A stretch of DNA of 64,000 nt from Mytilus trossulus (taxonomy: Eukaryota), in NCBI RefSeq assembly GCF_036588685.1, contig NC_086376.1, forward strand, positions 3,782,001 to 3,846,000. The letters run 5' to 3'. Shown here in pieces: positions 14,123 to 29,100 of the stretch. The notes beneath the pieces are model-generated. The model was not told where the DNA came from. It made no database searches and saw only the letters and a program-made list of their open reading frames with translations. Positions within the stretch are counted from its first letter, which is position 1; every line of letters begins with the position of its first letter. The translations under genes and the position numbers were made by a program.

Positions 14123-17100
14123 GTAGGTCAGATTTCATTAATTTTTCTTATGATTCAAATCCAATGCTTATAACCTAAATCTACAAAGCATAAAAGAAAA
14201 TTTGAAAAGTACAAATGTCCATCTGAATAATTCATTCAATATTATTATAATTTTAAGACATCATTAAATATACTACAAAAGCCAGTCGATATAGCAAGGA
14301 TATTAAAAGCAGCGATATTTAAACTATTTGACAGTTATATTACAGTGACAATAACACTTCCATTTGATGGATCAACCGACTGCTCGACCTTATGTAGAAG
14401 TAATAAACTTAAGAATAAATGTAGCTTTTGTGGGTTTAAGGTGATGATAGATCAATCTCACTTTATGAATACTAAAGGCTACATGCATGTGAAACCAAAA
14501 ATTAAGAGCGCATGAATGAATATGGTATTATGTTCATTTTCAAAATGCAATATTATAAGCAGACAAAATATTTTTCATGTTTGAAGGGACTGGGTGAACA
14601 CATTTAGTCAAATCATAAAAGAGGGTCGACAGATACCAGAGGTACAGTTAAACTCATAGATTGAACATAAATTGACAACGTCATGGCTAAAAATAATTAA
14701 AAAAACACAGAAAAATAATAGTGCAGAACCCACAACATAGGAAACTAAATACTAAGCAACACGAACCCAAACCAAAAACTGGGAGTGATCTCAGGTGCTC
14801 CGGAAAGGAAAGCAGATCCTGCTCCATATGTGTCACTCGTCGTGTTGTTTATTTCATTACAAACCCGGTAAAAAGTCTAAACTCGGTAGGTCAAATTCGT
14901 GAAAAAGAAAGGTATTGTAGTAACTACATAAGGAACATATCCGATATCATCTGTGAAACGGTTATTCCATAACGATCAACCAACTCCTGATGGCGTTCGT
15001 AAAATTTACAGAGGGATCTTTCAACTGCACCATTTGGAAGTCGTGGTTTAATGGATTTTGTGAGCAGCAATCCGCTATCAAGGAAATCATAATAGGAAAT
15101 ACAAACCCGGGAATATTGTATCAATTGGGAGATATGTACTCCCTATGCATGCGCTGCTGGAATGTTGTTACATAGAAAAGGACAGTTCACAATTGGGAAG
15201 CTGAAATCATCTCTTTTGTCGTAATATTTTGTTTTCAACCGACCCTCATTGTCAATTTCTAGATGTAAGTCAAGATATGAGGCAGTCGTAACTGTTTCTG
15301 TAGTATCCTTTATCGCTAGTTCGATAGGATAGATTCGTTTAATATAGTCACCAAGTTTTGTATTATTTAGGGAGAGAACATTATCTATATAACGGAAAGT
15401 AAAGTTAAAGGATATTGCTTACTTCTTATCTTTCTTCAAAAGTTCCTGTATGAAGTCAGCCTCATAATAATACAGAAATATACTCTGTTCTGTTTGGAGT
15501 AATCTCAATCTGTCTTATACTAATGACTTATGCCCTTAGACTGTTTTTGCGATTAATCGGACTATGCAGAAGAAGTTTGTATTTGTAGTTTTAGTCGGTT
15601 CGATTTGATAATTTGTTAGTAATATGTCGCGTTTTTAAATCGCTGTCTACGAAAACATTATGGCAATATGTTCCCGGCCTGTGTTTTTATCCGTCCCATT
15701 GTCCGTCTGTTAAGTATCAGATTAAATATTTTGGTTTGTTGAATTTTAACAATGATGGGGAGGTTCTATCACAATTAGATTTTGAACACTGCTAAAGGTA
15801 TATTCGATATTATGGTTCTGACTTATATTAGCGTCTCACTGGACATAGAACTGTGATACTTAGAGTGGGAGATGGTTTCCTTTGGGCTTATATTCTTATT
15901 TTGAAACCACCTCTTACAAATGGGTATATTTTGTAACGTGTATTGTCAATTGTCTGTTAGTCATTGAATATTTCATTTTATAAACAGAATGCAAATTAAT
16001 ATCAAATATAATTACATTGTATTGTGAATAATGATACAATGTAAACAAGATTTTTAGTGCAGTTTGTTTCTATAGTGATTCTTTGTTTATTTACTTTCAA
16101 TTGTGTTTGTTATGTCTGGTGTATTTGTATTCCGATTCGATTTGATAGTTGAGCAAGCACTATTCTCTAAAGATATATTAGTTGTTTAAATGCACATCTG
16201 TTACAGTAAGGTTCCTACTTAGTTTGTTCTTAAGCGATTCGTGTCTATTTTGTCTTTTAACGTGTTGTTTTTTGTGCTGTTTATCTTTTAATGACTGTGA
16301 TATTTTTTCTGACGATTATCGTTTTTTCTATCTAAGTTCCTGAAAATTCAACGTTTGCCGTTCAAATTTTTACAATAGTTCAAGATGATATTTTGTGGGT
16401 AGACAAGAGATTTATTTTCAACAAAACAATGAAGGTGCTTTATCAATTTAAATTGAAACGGGTTTCAACCAAAATTACACGGCTTGTGTCTCAAGGTGCT
16501 ACAATGGTTGACCATCTTTTAGCAATACCGTTATCCTGTTAGTTTTTTTTTTATGTGATGAGTGTTTGTCCAATCCAATTTTTTACATTCTATTCTTGGT
16601 TTTTGATTACTCTCTTGCGATCATTTTTTTCATTTTTGTTTTTTTAATGTTATGACGCACTATTGTTTTGAACCTTTTGTTTTCTTTGTATGTAATCAGA
16701 CTTTATTTTGTTTATGCACGTACATTTGTGGTGCATAATTTGGAACTTTCACAATTGGCAAATATTTCATGCATTTTCACGATCTTATCAATAAAAAGTT
16801 AATTTAAGAGAGTGTTGATCAAAGTGGGAATTTCCTTCTATTAATATATTACGAGAATGTCAAGCTTTCTCCGCCTTTGGTTTAATTTTAATATGCATAA
16901 AATATAAGTAACATCATATATACGTTCGATACAATTCATTTAACCTGAATGTATAACAAAAAATAAACGATCCAGGTCCTCATACAGGGCTTACCTCAAT
17001 TGTAATCTATATTCATGTTGCCAAATAATAAAGCTTTTGTTTGAAACACTTGGACAGAAACTACTACGCCTAATGTAAAAACTGTAGCCTTTGTTTTTAA

Positions 17101-20100
17101 AATAGCAACAGTAACTTTATTACATAATGTTTTAAGGGGGAATATGACAAAGCCAATTGTACGAGTTATTGATTATTTACATACGGTGTTATTTTAAAAC
17201 GTTTGCACCTGCAAATAAAACATGTAGAATCATTAAATGATTGAAAATTAATGATTTAAAGCTCTAGAAAATACGCAGAACAATCTCATTACTGATGTGT
17301 TACGTAACAACTATATCAAGCATTTTGTTTTCTAATTAGCAAAAAGAGACAAAGAGCAGAGCTTCCGTTCTCATATCACAACGAATTTTACAGATGTGTA
17401 TTGATAACTTTTCCATCTTAATCACTTAATGAATACATTCCTAACTAAACGAAGTTTTCGTAATTTTAACCCACCTCATCGGTTTTATTGCGTATTAAAG
17501 AGAAAATAACTAGAAATCTTAATAACGAAATGTCAGTTGTTCAAGGAGAAAAACAGACATAGTAAGAATAACTTTTTGTACTAGTTCTTACTGCTATACG
17601 AATCATTGAATTTTGATTTGTATAAACATCCATAGGACAATCGTCAATAGTCAAGCTCGAATTGTAAACTTTTTTCAACGTAGTTTTAACCCTTATCACA
17701 CATCTTTTAAGTTAATAATTTGTAAAGTAAAAACTATCGTTTTAATTATAAATAAATAGGACATTATTGCAATGCATGTGCTTTTGAGAAACCAAGTTAC
17801 ATAATAATGTCTTCCTTCTTGTGTGTAGTGAACTAGTTTGCCAGCCAGATTCAATTTTTACTGTACATAGTTGTTAAGATGTATAAGTGGCCGTTCATGG
17901 TAACATCGCGCTATTTCAATGGCATACATATTGCTTCAAAAAGTAAAATATCAAAAATACCGGACTCCGAGGAAAACTAAAAACAGAAAGTTCGTAATCA
18001 AATGGCAAAACAAAAAGCACAAACACATCACACGAATGGATAACAAATGTCATATTACTGACTCGGCACAGTCCTTCAAAGAAATAAAATTTACATGAAA
18101 CATGTATTTGAGTAGTAAAATACCAAGTTCATACAGTAACGGTTATGTCTCAAACATTAACCACCACAAAAAGAGTGCTCTTAAGTGTTTAAGTTTTTAA
18201 ATATTGAATCATATTTAGCTCACATGACCCGTAAGGCTAATATGAGTTACTTTGATTTCGTAGTTCGTCGTCGATTGTACGTCTTAGTTCGCCATGTGTT
18301 TAATTTTACAAACATTTTCTCTTAAACTATTGAACCAAATAAAATCAAACTTGTCCATAATCATTCGTGTAGTATGAAGCTTTTAAACTGTACCCGGTGA
18401 GTCAGCCTGAAACCCAACATAGTCCTTAAGACTAAAAATTGAACAAGGTAGCTGTGATTGTCAATCGACTCCTTTATGAACTCAGCAATTGTAGGAGGTG
18501 TCTTTGAATAACGATTGTTACTAAAAATAATATTTGTATTTGACTAATTGTTTAGACAACTTGAGTAATTAAACAGGGTATTGCAAATATTTCGTGACAC
18601 CTTTTAAAATTTAAGCAGTCCTTCAAACAACTTTAGTTTAGCTATCTACTGTCTCTAGTTAAATTCCTATCGATTATGATTTTTTCAGTTCTTCAAAACA
18701 TTTGTAATTTTACTGTATCAGGTAGGCATTTCGACAATTATTGCCTCTTGGGGGATGACTGTAAAAACTTGATATTAACGTTGAAAAGCTATTATTACCA
18801 AACAGAAACATTAGTATGTCCTAGTAGTTAAAACAAGACAAAAAATCAAACCGAGGAAGCCATATTCCTTCAACTCAATAAATTCTTGAGTCTTGTTTCA
18901 AGAAATATCACTGTACTCTAATGCTTATACCATAGTCCTTGCCTACTGCACTGCATAGTCATCATATCCACAGTGACTAAAAACTAAACGAGCACAGATA
19001 TTGACCCAACGGTATAAATAACATTGCACGATGCCCAATTGACTGCAACATATACACTTTTCAATCGCCGCCTCGGTGATTTTCGATCTAGAATATTTCA
19101 AAAACACGAGTGGAGAAGAATGTGTCAAAAGTACACGGATGCCCCACTCGCACTATCATTTTTCATGTTCAATGGACCGTGAAATTGGGTAAATAATCTA
19201 ATTTGACATTAAAATTAGAAAGATCATACCATAGGAAACAAGTGTACAAAATTTCAAGTTGATTGGACTTCAACTTTATCAAAAACTACCTTGACCAAAA
19301 ACTTTTACCTGAAGCGGGACGAGCGGACGGACGGACGAACAGACAGACGAACGAACAGGCGGACGGACGAACAGACGGACGGACGGACGAGCAAACAGAC
19401 GGACGCACAGACCAGAAAACATTTTGCCCTTCTACTATCGTAGGTAAGGCATAAAAAGAACAACGGAGAAATGGTATTCTGACAAAATGTCTGTCAAAGT
19501 TATGTAAACATTCAAACTAAATTGCAGGGTTAATAACGAAGGAAAACTTGGCATTGCATATGGTGATGCTATGTGGAAAATAAAAAAAATAGGTAAGACA
19601 AATTCTCCAGAACAGAAATGTATTGAAAAAATATGTAAGCTATTAAAAGTATTCTTATTTTTTCGTTTTATCTCAAAAAGTGATAAGTCATTAATTACAG
19701 CTAAATAGAATAGACAAAATAAACTGCATCTTTTCTGTGTAGTGTAATGTCACTAAATTGTAGAACTCAAACTAACACGATTGATCTAAGTGTTAACACC
19801 TGTACTGTATTTTACCCAAAATAAATGCAAATAAAAAAATACCTAAATCACATATTTTCATAATGAATTAGAATGAAAAGTGCAAATGTATATGTATATG
19901 TAGGTTATGTTGTTGTCATAATTCTTATTGGATACTTAGCCAGTTGTAAACGTAATTACGAAGATATGATTTCATTTGGATAATTTTTTTTATTTATAAC
20001 TGAAAGCCAATGAGACAGCAATCATACAAAACAATTAGATCAAATATAACGGGGACATATGAAAGGCAGCGGTAGTTATTATTTTCCATTGATCTCCTTT

Positions 20101-23100
20101 TCCCCTTGAATCTAAAAAAAATATGTAGATAGGGGATAATGGCAATTCATTTAAGCAGGCTACACATTTACTAAATTTTATCATCAGTGCAATGACAGCA
20201 TTCGTAAATACAAATCAATGTGCAGACATCTTATATGTTCGGGTATTTCACATACTGTTATCATGTCATTGAAAATGGTATTTTTGGAATTACACTAGTA
20301 TACAATTGGACTCACTCATAGGTTCTTTGCACCGGAAATAAATAAATCTAAAACCATTGGTTGACATGATAAGGTTATGTTCTCGTATATTTTATACTAG
20401 TAAACCTTTTACGTGCATGGCAGATAGTGATTTATTTTCATATGATGAAGACATCCAATCAGTCTAATTGAGGTTTTGACCTGGCATGTAGGTAACTGCT
20501 GGTAATCCTTTGAAACGTCGCACGATACTGGTGTTACTTTGGTGAAATCGCGGACAAGACGTAATCATGTCATTAATTTATATACATTGAATTTTATATA
20601 CTAAAGTGTTATATATCATGTTAGAGTTTTTTAATTCTTCTTTCCGAATATCGCAATTTTGTATATGTTCCAGGCTGTTTTTATTATGTAAAAAACAATA
20701 AAACCCTCATTTTTTTAAATTATTCACATGTCCCGCGTTACACTTAAAGTTTTGTGAAATTCTGAATATTGCAAAAAGCACACCAAAAAATTCGCCAAAC
20801 GATATAAAAATTTGTTCCGAACAAGCTCGTCATAATGGGTCAATGACGTTATGCCCGTTTTTTTCTACGGACAGACGGATTTACGAAAAAAAGGGATCAA
20901 GCTGATACAAATTATGTGTCCCATGCACGAAAAGTTGATGTCATTTCTGTAATTTATGGTGAAAAAAGTGAATACAAAAGCAATCGCCATGTCGTAAGTA
21001 AATAATTTTTATAAGAGCATTTTGTACAAAGGTCTCGCTTTCCCCTGATGCAATAATAAAGGATTGAGAATTGGTTTTTCTTAAAAATCCAGTTGAATAG
21101 CAATGTCCGACATTTTGTCCCCTTCAAAACAAATTGACGTATGGTTACGTTTTTCCGATTTTTCATGATATTTAATTAAGGCAGTGCTATTCGCTAAATA
21201 AAAAAAAACCATAAGGGATAAAAGTACAAAAAAATATCTCTATTTTGATATAAAATTATCATAGATCTAATCTAAAATATCGGATATCAGATCAAATAAA
21301 AATGTCCGACACAATGTCCCCACATACGATTTTGACGTTTTGTAACAAAATGTATAGAACGTTACGTGTAAATTGTTATGAAAATTAGCCGGGGAAAAAA
21401 ATGAAAAAGATAAAGCACTCAGACACTTACACAACTTAAAAAGGGTGACAACACATGGTATTTTGGACTTATTTTAAATCATTTATCGGGAAAGTTAGAA
21501 TCGGCTACCGGTTACAATAAAACAAATAGTTATGACTACAGAAATTCAAAAGGAAATAAAGGTATATTTTTTTTCTGTAGGGAAAACAAAAAATAATAAA
21601 AACATGGAATACAAAATTAAATTAAAATATTTTCTTTCAGAAAAAACAAAAAAAGCCGAAATAGAGAAGAAAACAGCTGTTGTTCCCGCTGATTCCCTAG
21701 TATATATTTGTGCTGAACTCAATGGCACTGCCATTCTATCTTTACCGGAGTCAATCCACCTCGATATTCTAGAGTGTATCAATGAGCGTGTTGCCGTGCA
21801 TAGTGAATAAAAAGAAATTAATGGCTTTTATGATTAAAATGTAATTTATCAAATGGTCTCAATTTTATTTAAAGTTTAATTTATATTATCTAAGAAAAAC
21901 AGGGATCTTAACTTTTAACATATTTCGTTTATAAAATCTGTTAAAATTGAAGTCAACTGAATAACGTGCAATCTAACTTGATTTTTTTTTATTTGAGTAA
22001 CGTCTTTAGCGTGTAACGTTAGGTAACACCAGTATCGTGCGACGTTTCTTTGTTATTGGATGTGTATCATTGTCATTTGCTTATTCTACCATCGGACTCG
22101 GCCTTTTTTAAATTAAATTTTTCTCTGCATATTGGTGTGTTTTTGTTTATTTCACATTGGTTGTATGACGTATAGGGAGCGTTGAGATAACACAAAACAT
22201 ATTAACCTCGCTGCATGTTTGAGCCTGACCCACGTCAGGAACCTCTGACCTGATGTATTGCATGTTTTATATGAGGCCTAGGCGCCTCCAGTGTTGAAGA
22301 CCCATCGGTGGCCTTGTGCTATTTTCTGCTCTTTTGTATGTTTTTTGTCTCCTTGACACATTCCGTGTTTTTATTCTCAATTTTATTTTCTTCCATTCCT
22401 CTGTCCATATCAGCAATTTATCAAAGCTCGTCACGAAACTGAGACATTTTCAGAGATTTTCAGAGCGCATTATGGATATTTACACAACTGTAATTTGTGT
22501 TTCCGCAGATTTGATATCATAACTTATTTTTTTTAATTGACACTGAAAGCCATCAGCAACAGGTGACAATGGACTTGACTTCAGACATGCTTATAAACGT
22601 TATTGGCGTATTAAATTTTAAACCTGATGCCTTTTGTAAGTTATTATTCATGTGTTTCTTTGCGATTGTCTAATATGTTCTCCTATTTATTTGTATTGTA
22701 GTCCTGTAATATTATGTTGTCATTTTAATTTTATATTTAACATTGCCTTTAAAGTGCGAGGTTTTGCACGCCAACAAACCAGGTTGAACACACCATTTTT
22801 TCTTTAAAAATGTCCTGTACCAAATTACAGGAATATGGCCATTGTTATACTATAGTTCGTTTCTGTGTGTTTTACGTTTTAACGTTGTGTTTCCGTTTTT
22901 TTGTTTTTTTTTGTCTTATATTTCCGTGTGAATTTGCATTACTTTAGGACGTGTCACGGTACTTTTCTATCCCAAATTCATGTATTTGGTTTTGATGTTA
23001 TATTTGTTATTCTCATCGGATGTTTTCTAATGCTTAGTCCGTTTCTGAGTGTGTTACATTTTAATGGTGTGTGGTTGTTCTCCTCTTATATTTAATGCGT

Positions 23101-26100
23101 TTCCCTCAGTTTTAGTTTGTTACCCCGATTTTGTTTTTTGTCCATGGATTTACGAGTTTTGAACAGCGGTATACTAGTATTGCCTTTATTGAGATGAATA
23201 CGTTGTGTTACTACTACATAACTTACATTCACTTGTTTAATCTCGATCGGAGGCAGATCAAATATTATAGTGAAATTTTAAAGTGTGGTAAAGGATTACA
23301 AAGAAAGAAAAAGGAATCCACTCAATTATGGAATTGTTATAGATACAAAAAGACGGAAATCTTACTCATTTGAGTATAATTCAGCCTTTCCCTGAATTTA
23401 GTCTTCCATTTGATTATTATGCACTGAACCTGATTATTCATGATTTTGTTTCTTCGTATTTGGCAAGGTTTTGTCCACCTATCTTTGATTTTGTCATCAT
23501 CCGTTTTAATTTTATCAAAATCCAAGAACTATTTTAATTTGGGAATGGTATTTTTTAATAAAAAAAAATAAAAGTAGATTCGAGATATGTGTCAATCTGA
23601 CAGCAATTAAATTTAAAATGATAAACGTTATGATTACGTCACCTACATGCAGATGTCAAAATACATATAACACATTGAGCTTCGTCATTTACGATTATGT
23701 TTCGATTTTAATCAAAATGTTTGAATGAAGAGTGATCTAAAGTTACATGTATGATAATTTGGCAGATTGCGTGTTCTGTCATTATGCAAAGGGGGAATTA
23801 AAGGTCAATGTTGTATTGTTAGAATAGTCAAAGAGTGAATCAATTATCCTGAATCCGTGTTGTAACAAAAAGGCGGATGTTTCTAAGGGGACTTCAAAAC
23901 TCGTTTGACAGCAATAAAGAAACTGACACCAACATTGCAAAAAATGTTAAACGACGAAAAGACTAGTATTCAAAATACTATATAGAAAATTTCCAAGTAG
24001 CTGTTTTTTCGGCCATTTCTTCTCTGTCCGCGGACTTGTTGTATTGATAAACATTTCTTAATTAACTATTTTTTTCATAAAATGTCCTGTACCAAGTCAA
24101 GAATATGGCCATTGTTATATTATAGTAAGTTTCTTTGTGCGTTACATTTTAATGATTTGTTTCTGTTGTTTCGTAGTTCTCTGATATTTGATGCGTTTAC
24201 CCCTGTTTAAGTTTGTAGAACGGATTTGTTTTTTTCTCAATGGATTTTTGAATTTCGAACAGCGGTGATACTACTGTTGCCTTAATTAAAATTAATATCA
24301 GATATTTTTCCATTTAACATTTATGTTAAAATCATATAAACAGACAACATTTATTATGGTTTAACCAAATGATGATCATTACATGAGATCGAGGGAGAGA
24401 TAATATTTTCATCATATTTCATTCGTCTAAATAGTATTTCAAATAATTCGACAATAAAGGAACTGTTTATTTCTTGCGATCTTTTTAATGCAAATTCCAT
24501 GTCAATTGATTAGAAATATTTCAATGGGACACAAATACCTGAAAAATACAATGGATTTTGAAAAATCAGTCATAAATTATATATAAATTTCAATTTTAAA
24601 TTTCAGGGCCTATTCCAATAAATGTCACGGAAAGAGACATCAGTTTAAGATATGTAATACTCAGGTGAGTACTGCTATGTGTATTTGTATAGACAATTAT
24701 GTATTTTATTGTCAATTATTATGATTAATATGCAGATGCACCATTAGATGCACTATCTTGACTGTAGTATTGAGTCTGAAATATGACAACTAGCTGATTA
24801 CCATCAATATAAATGTTCAAAGTATTAAGGAAAGATTAGAAATTAATAGTATTTAAGTCTAGGAGGTGAACAAATATTACACTATTAGTTAAACTAATAC
24901 TATAAACAGACGATAAAAATATCTAAAGATATAGTTTGAAGATAGATAAAATAATAAAGAGATGAAAGCCAAAATCTGTAGGAAAACAGGATAGAGGAAA
25001 GAACAAATACTTGTCTTGTATATTATCTTCTCTACGTGTATAGTCACGAGGAACAACATGCAGTTTGAACATTTTAACATTAGTAATATTAGAGTAAGGA
25101 TGATTTTTAAGCAAAAGCAAATGTACATTATTTCGTTCTGTTTCCATATCACAAAATAATAGATATTGTCATAATAACTTGTTCTTTTCCTCGAAAGTGA
25201 CCTATAAGGTTTTAGTTATCAGTTATCACCGGGTTTTTACTAACATGAGCAACACAGTGGACGCAACGTGTGGAGCAGAATTTTTTTACCCTTTCGGAGA
25301 ACATGAGGTTACCACCGGTCTTCAACGGTGTTCGTGTTTCTCAGTCTTCATAATTTACTATGTTGTGTATACTGTTGTTTGTCTTTTTATTATTTTTCGG
25401 TTTTTTGCCATGGCATTTTCAGTTCGTTTTCAACTTGTGAACTTGATTATCCTTTTTGCCTCTCTTTTAGCTGATGTTGCAAATATTTGTTTCTTTTTTT
25501 AAATCCGACCCAATCTTATATGCCCATTACGATTAAGTAGACTAACAAATCATCTAGGATTATAAGATAACGTCGAAAGGAGATAAAAGGCTGTGTCTGA
25601 GACAAAAATTAGGGTAATATATACTTTCATCTTTTCTTTAAGGATTGTACACAAGGGCAAGAAACTCTGAGGGAGCAGTTATGTTCAAAGCACAATAATG
25701 ACGTCATAGGCGGCAAACGATATCGATGGCTCCCTTATCTATTACGTAGGTAATTTAATTATATTTTTAATTCTTGTAACAATATATGTTAAATTACTTT
25801 ATTTTCTTATCATCATTCAATTATGTTATACATGTTTGAAACTAAAAATTTTATTGCTGATAGAAAGGCCGTTAAATTCATATCCAAAACTCTGATGATG
25901 TTGAAGTCAATTTCGTATCATTAATAACATCTTAATTGTGTTATTATAGAGGTGTTAAAGAAAGGTTTTCTCTTGACACCACAACGAACAAAAATGCACA
26001 ACAGCAAATATTTCATTTATTTCTTCGTCTTTAGAAAATACAAATGATAAGCTTAATTTAAAAACCATTTACACCACAACATACATCAATAATAATAACA

Positions 26101-29100
26101 GAAATACATCAATTTTCACTACATTTAAGATTCTTATTACAATCAAGTACATTCTTATAACAATCCTACACTAAAATATATTCTAATTATAATCAAAATA
26201 TCTTAGATTCCGCTAGGTGTGAGTTGACGTGTAAAGCAGGCGGTCAAGGTTTCTACAACAGCTTTAAAGACCTTATAATAAATGGTACAACATGTTCAAA
26301 CGACGGGTCATCAGTCTGTGTGGAGGGAGTTTGCCATGTACGTATAGGCTATCTATTATCATACTTTCTTATAATTACGTTTCATACGTCATTCCCTTTG
26401 TTTGTGTCAAATAATAAAATGGTATTAACAAAAAGACTTTATTTTTAATAAGAAAGTTTAGATATGGACGGTGCCCCCTTCTGTCCTGCTATATGCATGA
26501 GTATAGTTCCACATACTTTAGATTTGACGAACAGTAATGTTGGATTGTTCCGCTGTCTGTAAGACACAATCGATGCCACCCACGACTGAGATAAAATGTA
26601 AATTTAACACCACGTTTGATGAACTATAATAAATTGTATTCTGAATGTCTAACTTTCCAGTTATACATGTAATAAACACCAAATTCAACTTTATACTTCC
26701 AGTAGTTATCAGGGTTCAACTTCGCGATATTGAGTGCTGCCTTGTAGAGGCATTAGCCTACTCTTTTTCGAAATCTACAAGGGAGTCTTTTACGTGCAAG
26801 AGATATTGCTCTCTCTTAACACAGGTCAGCAATGTATAGACCCCTTCCGACGGACTATCATTGTTTCCTCAAGATCATACTCGCAAATGGTGTCAAGTTT
26901 TCAATTATATAGTAAGATTTTTGTAAATATATAACTTTCCATTTTTATATATTTTAAAAAGCCCATCAAAATGCTGTTGACTTGTATACATTTGTACTCC
27001 GACTATGTGTACAAACAATCTATAAAATATAAAAGCTGTAGCTCAAATCTATGGGGAGAAGACAGCTAGACAAGCCATGATCTCTTTGTGCAGATAGTAC
27101 CAAAGAATGACTATGTTCAAATACTAGCATTTGTGAATATTTAAAAAATCTAAATTCTTTTGACATGCAGACTTCAATTATGTGTACAAACAATCTAAAT
27201 ATAAAATATTAAGTCGGTAGCACAAACACTGTAAGAAGAGATAGCTGGACAAGCGATCTCTATACGCAGCTAGTACCAAAAATACTTATATACTTGAGTT
27301 ATTAAATGACATATACATGTATGCAACATAGTTCATGACGTTCAAATATTTATGTGTTTTGTATGAGTTACATACATGTACTTGATCAGGAATTCATTTC
27401 TCTTTGTCAAATGTTAATGATACTTATTTCGGTCTTAATTAATGACTTATACGTCTAATCTTACAACTATTTAACAATGGAAGTATGTGCTATGATGGTC
27501 AATGAGACAGTTATATACTAGAACCCACACATGACGTGTATGAAAGCAACTTTAGGTCACCGTATGAATTACAACATGGTTTTTATATTTACTATACATA
27601 GCGTTAACCATTATACATGTTCTAACGGAATTGAATTGAACAGCAAAAACTGAATTAAAAAACAAATTGTCGTAATGTATATCGTTCATTTAAAACAGGT
27701 TGACTATATTACAAGTTGACATTAAACCACAAGACAGGAAGAAAACTCCTTAATCAGACAAAAAAAAATGAAATTATGAATCGTATTCGTAAAGTTGTCA
27801 AAATGTTTTCTGCATTGGTCATCATTTATAACGCACGTACTATGGGTTAAATGAAATTGCAGTTGCCAAGATAGAATATTTTAGTATTCAGTTCCCTAGT
27901 CCATATCTAGAAACATTCACGTTGAATTTTTTTATAGCATATTTTATGCTTTGTTTTGTTTAATGTGGGGTGATAGGACCTTTTTGGGGACTCCGGGATT
28001 TGGTGTTTTTAAGCTCGGAATTTCGTATTTTTAAGCCCGGGATTTCGGGATCAGGACACCTTCCCCCCTTAATTCCTGGTTTAAGTAGATTTTCTACAAT
28101 TGGGTTGATGCATCTTTGGTAAACTGTTAAATTCCTTTGATATATATATAAATGGTCCTATAGGTAATATTCTTGCGTTATTTATGTCTTTATTGAATAC
28201 TTTTCTGTCTTTTAAAACATATGAACCTTATTGATAGATGTATAGAATGATGTTTAAGATAAAGCACAACTATTGATATATTTTACAAAACAGCCACATA
28301 AACCAGTTTGTATAAGATTGCATGTGGTATCAGTAGGAATATCTCAAAGTAAGAACATTCTAGCTTTTTGTTTTGTTTTTACGATATTGTTAGCAGTTTG
28401 AAGATTTTAGATAGTGATCAGAAAGAAACTTCACTAATATGGAGGACAGTATGGTCATCTCTACGTGACTTTTGTTTTTGTTTTGTTTGTGTCATCGAGT
28501 TGCTGTCTCATTGAAATAAAAGCCACATCTTTTTAATATTGCAACTGCAAATGAGTTTTTAGGATATCACAAACTTTATATCAGAAGGATAATTAGTTTT
28601 TATCATTAGACTTGTTATGATACATAGCATTTTATTCCATGTGTCCTCTCTATAAGGATTATTGACCTTTTATGTAGTTAAATTGTTATAAATCATGTAG
28701 CTATCCATCTGTCGATACCCTATAGCAAAACTGATGCATTTTGAATGTACACAAGGACAGTCACATTTTTAATCATTAAAATTTATTGATTGATTTATTG
28801 ATTTTTGTCTAACGTCCAGTGCCTAATATTTCATGTGTGTTCAGGACGAAAACAACTTACCGATACTTATAATAATAGTGTGCTGTAATAGAGGACATCC
28901 ACCGGAATTAAGGTAGCCAAAATTTTGACTGCCACTGAGAAATGGGTGTATGTTGCAAAGGGACAAAAATGGTGCCTGCAAAAGTCCATCTACGAACCCC
29001 TCAAAGAGTTGTTGCAAAGGTTGTTGGAGTAAAGAGAGCGTTGCACTCTCATTACAAGACGCATTGAAAATAACGTCCCTTATCTGACCTGACGTGGCTG

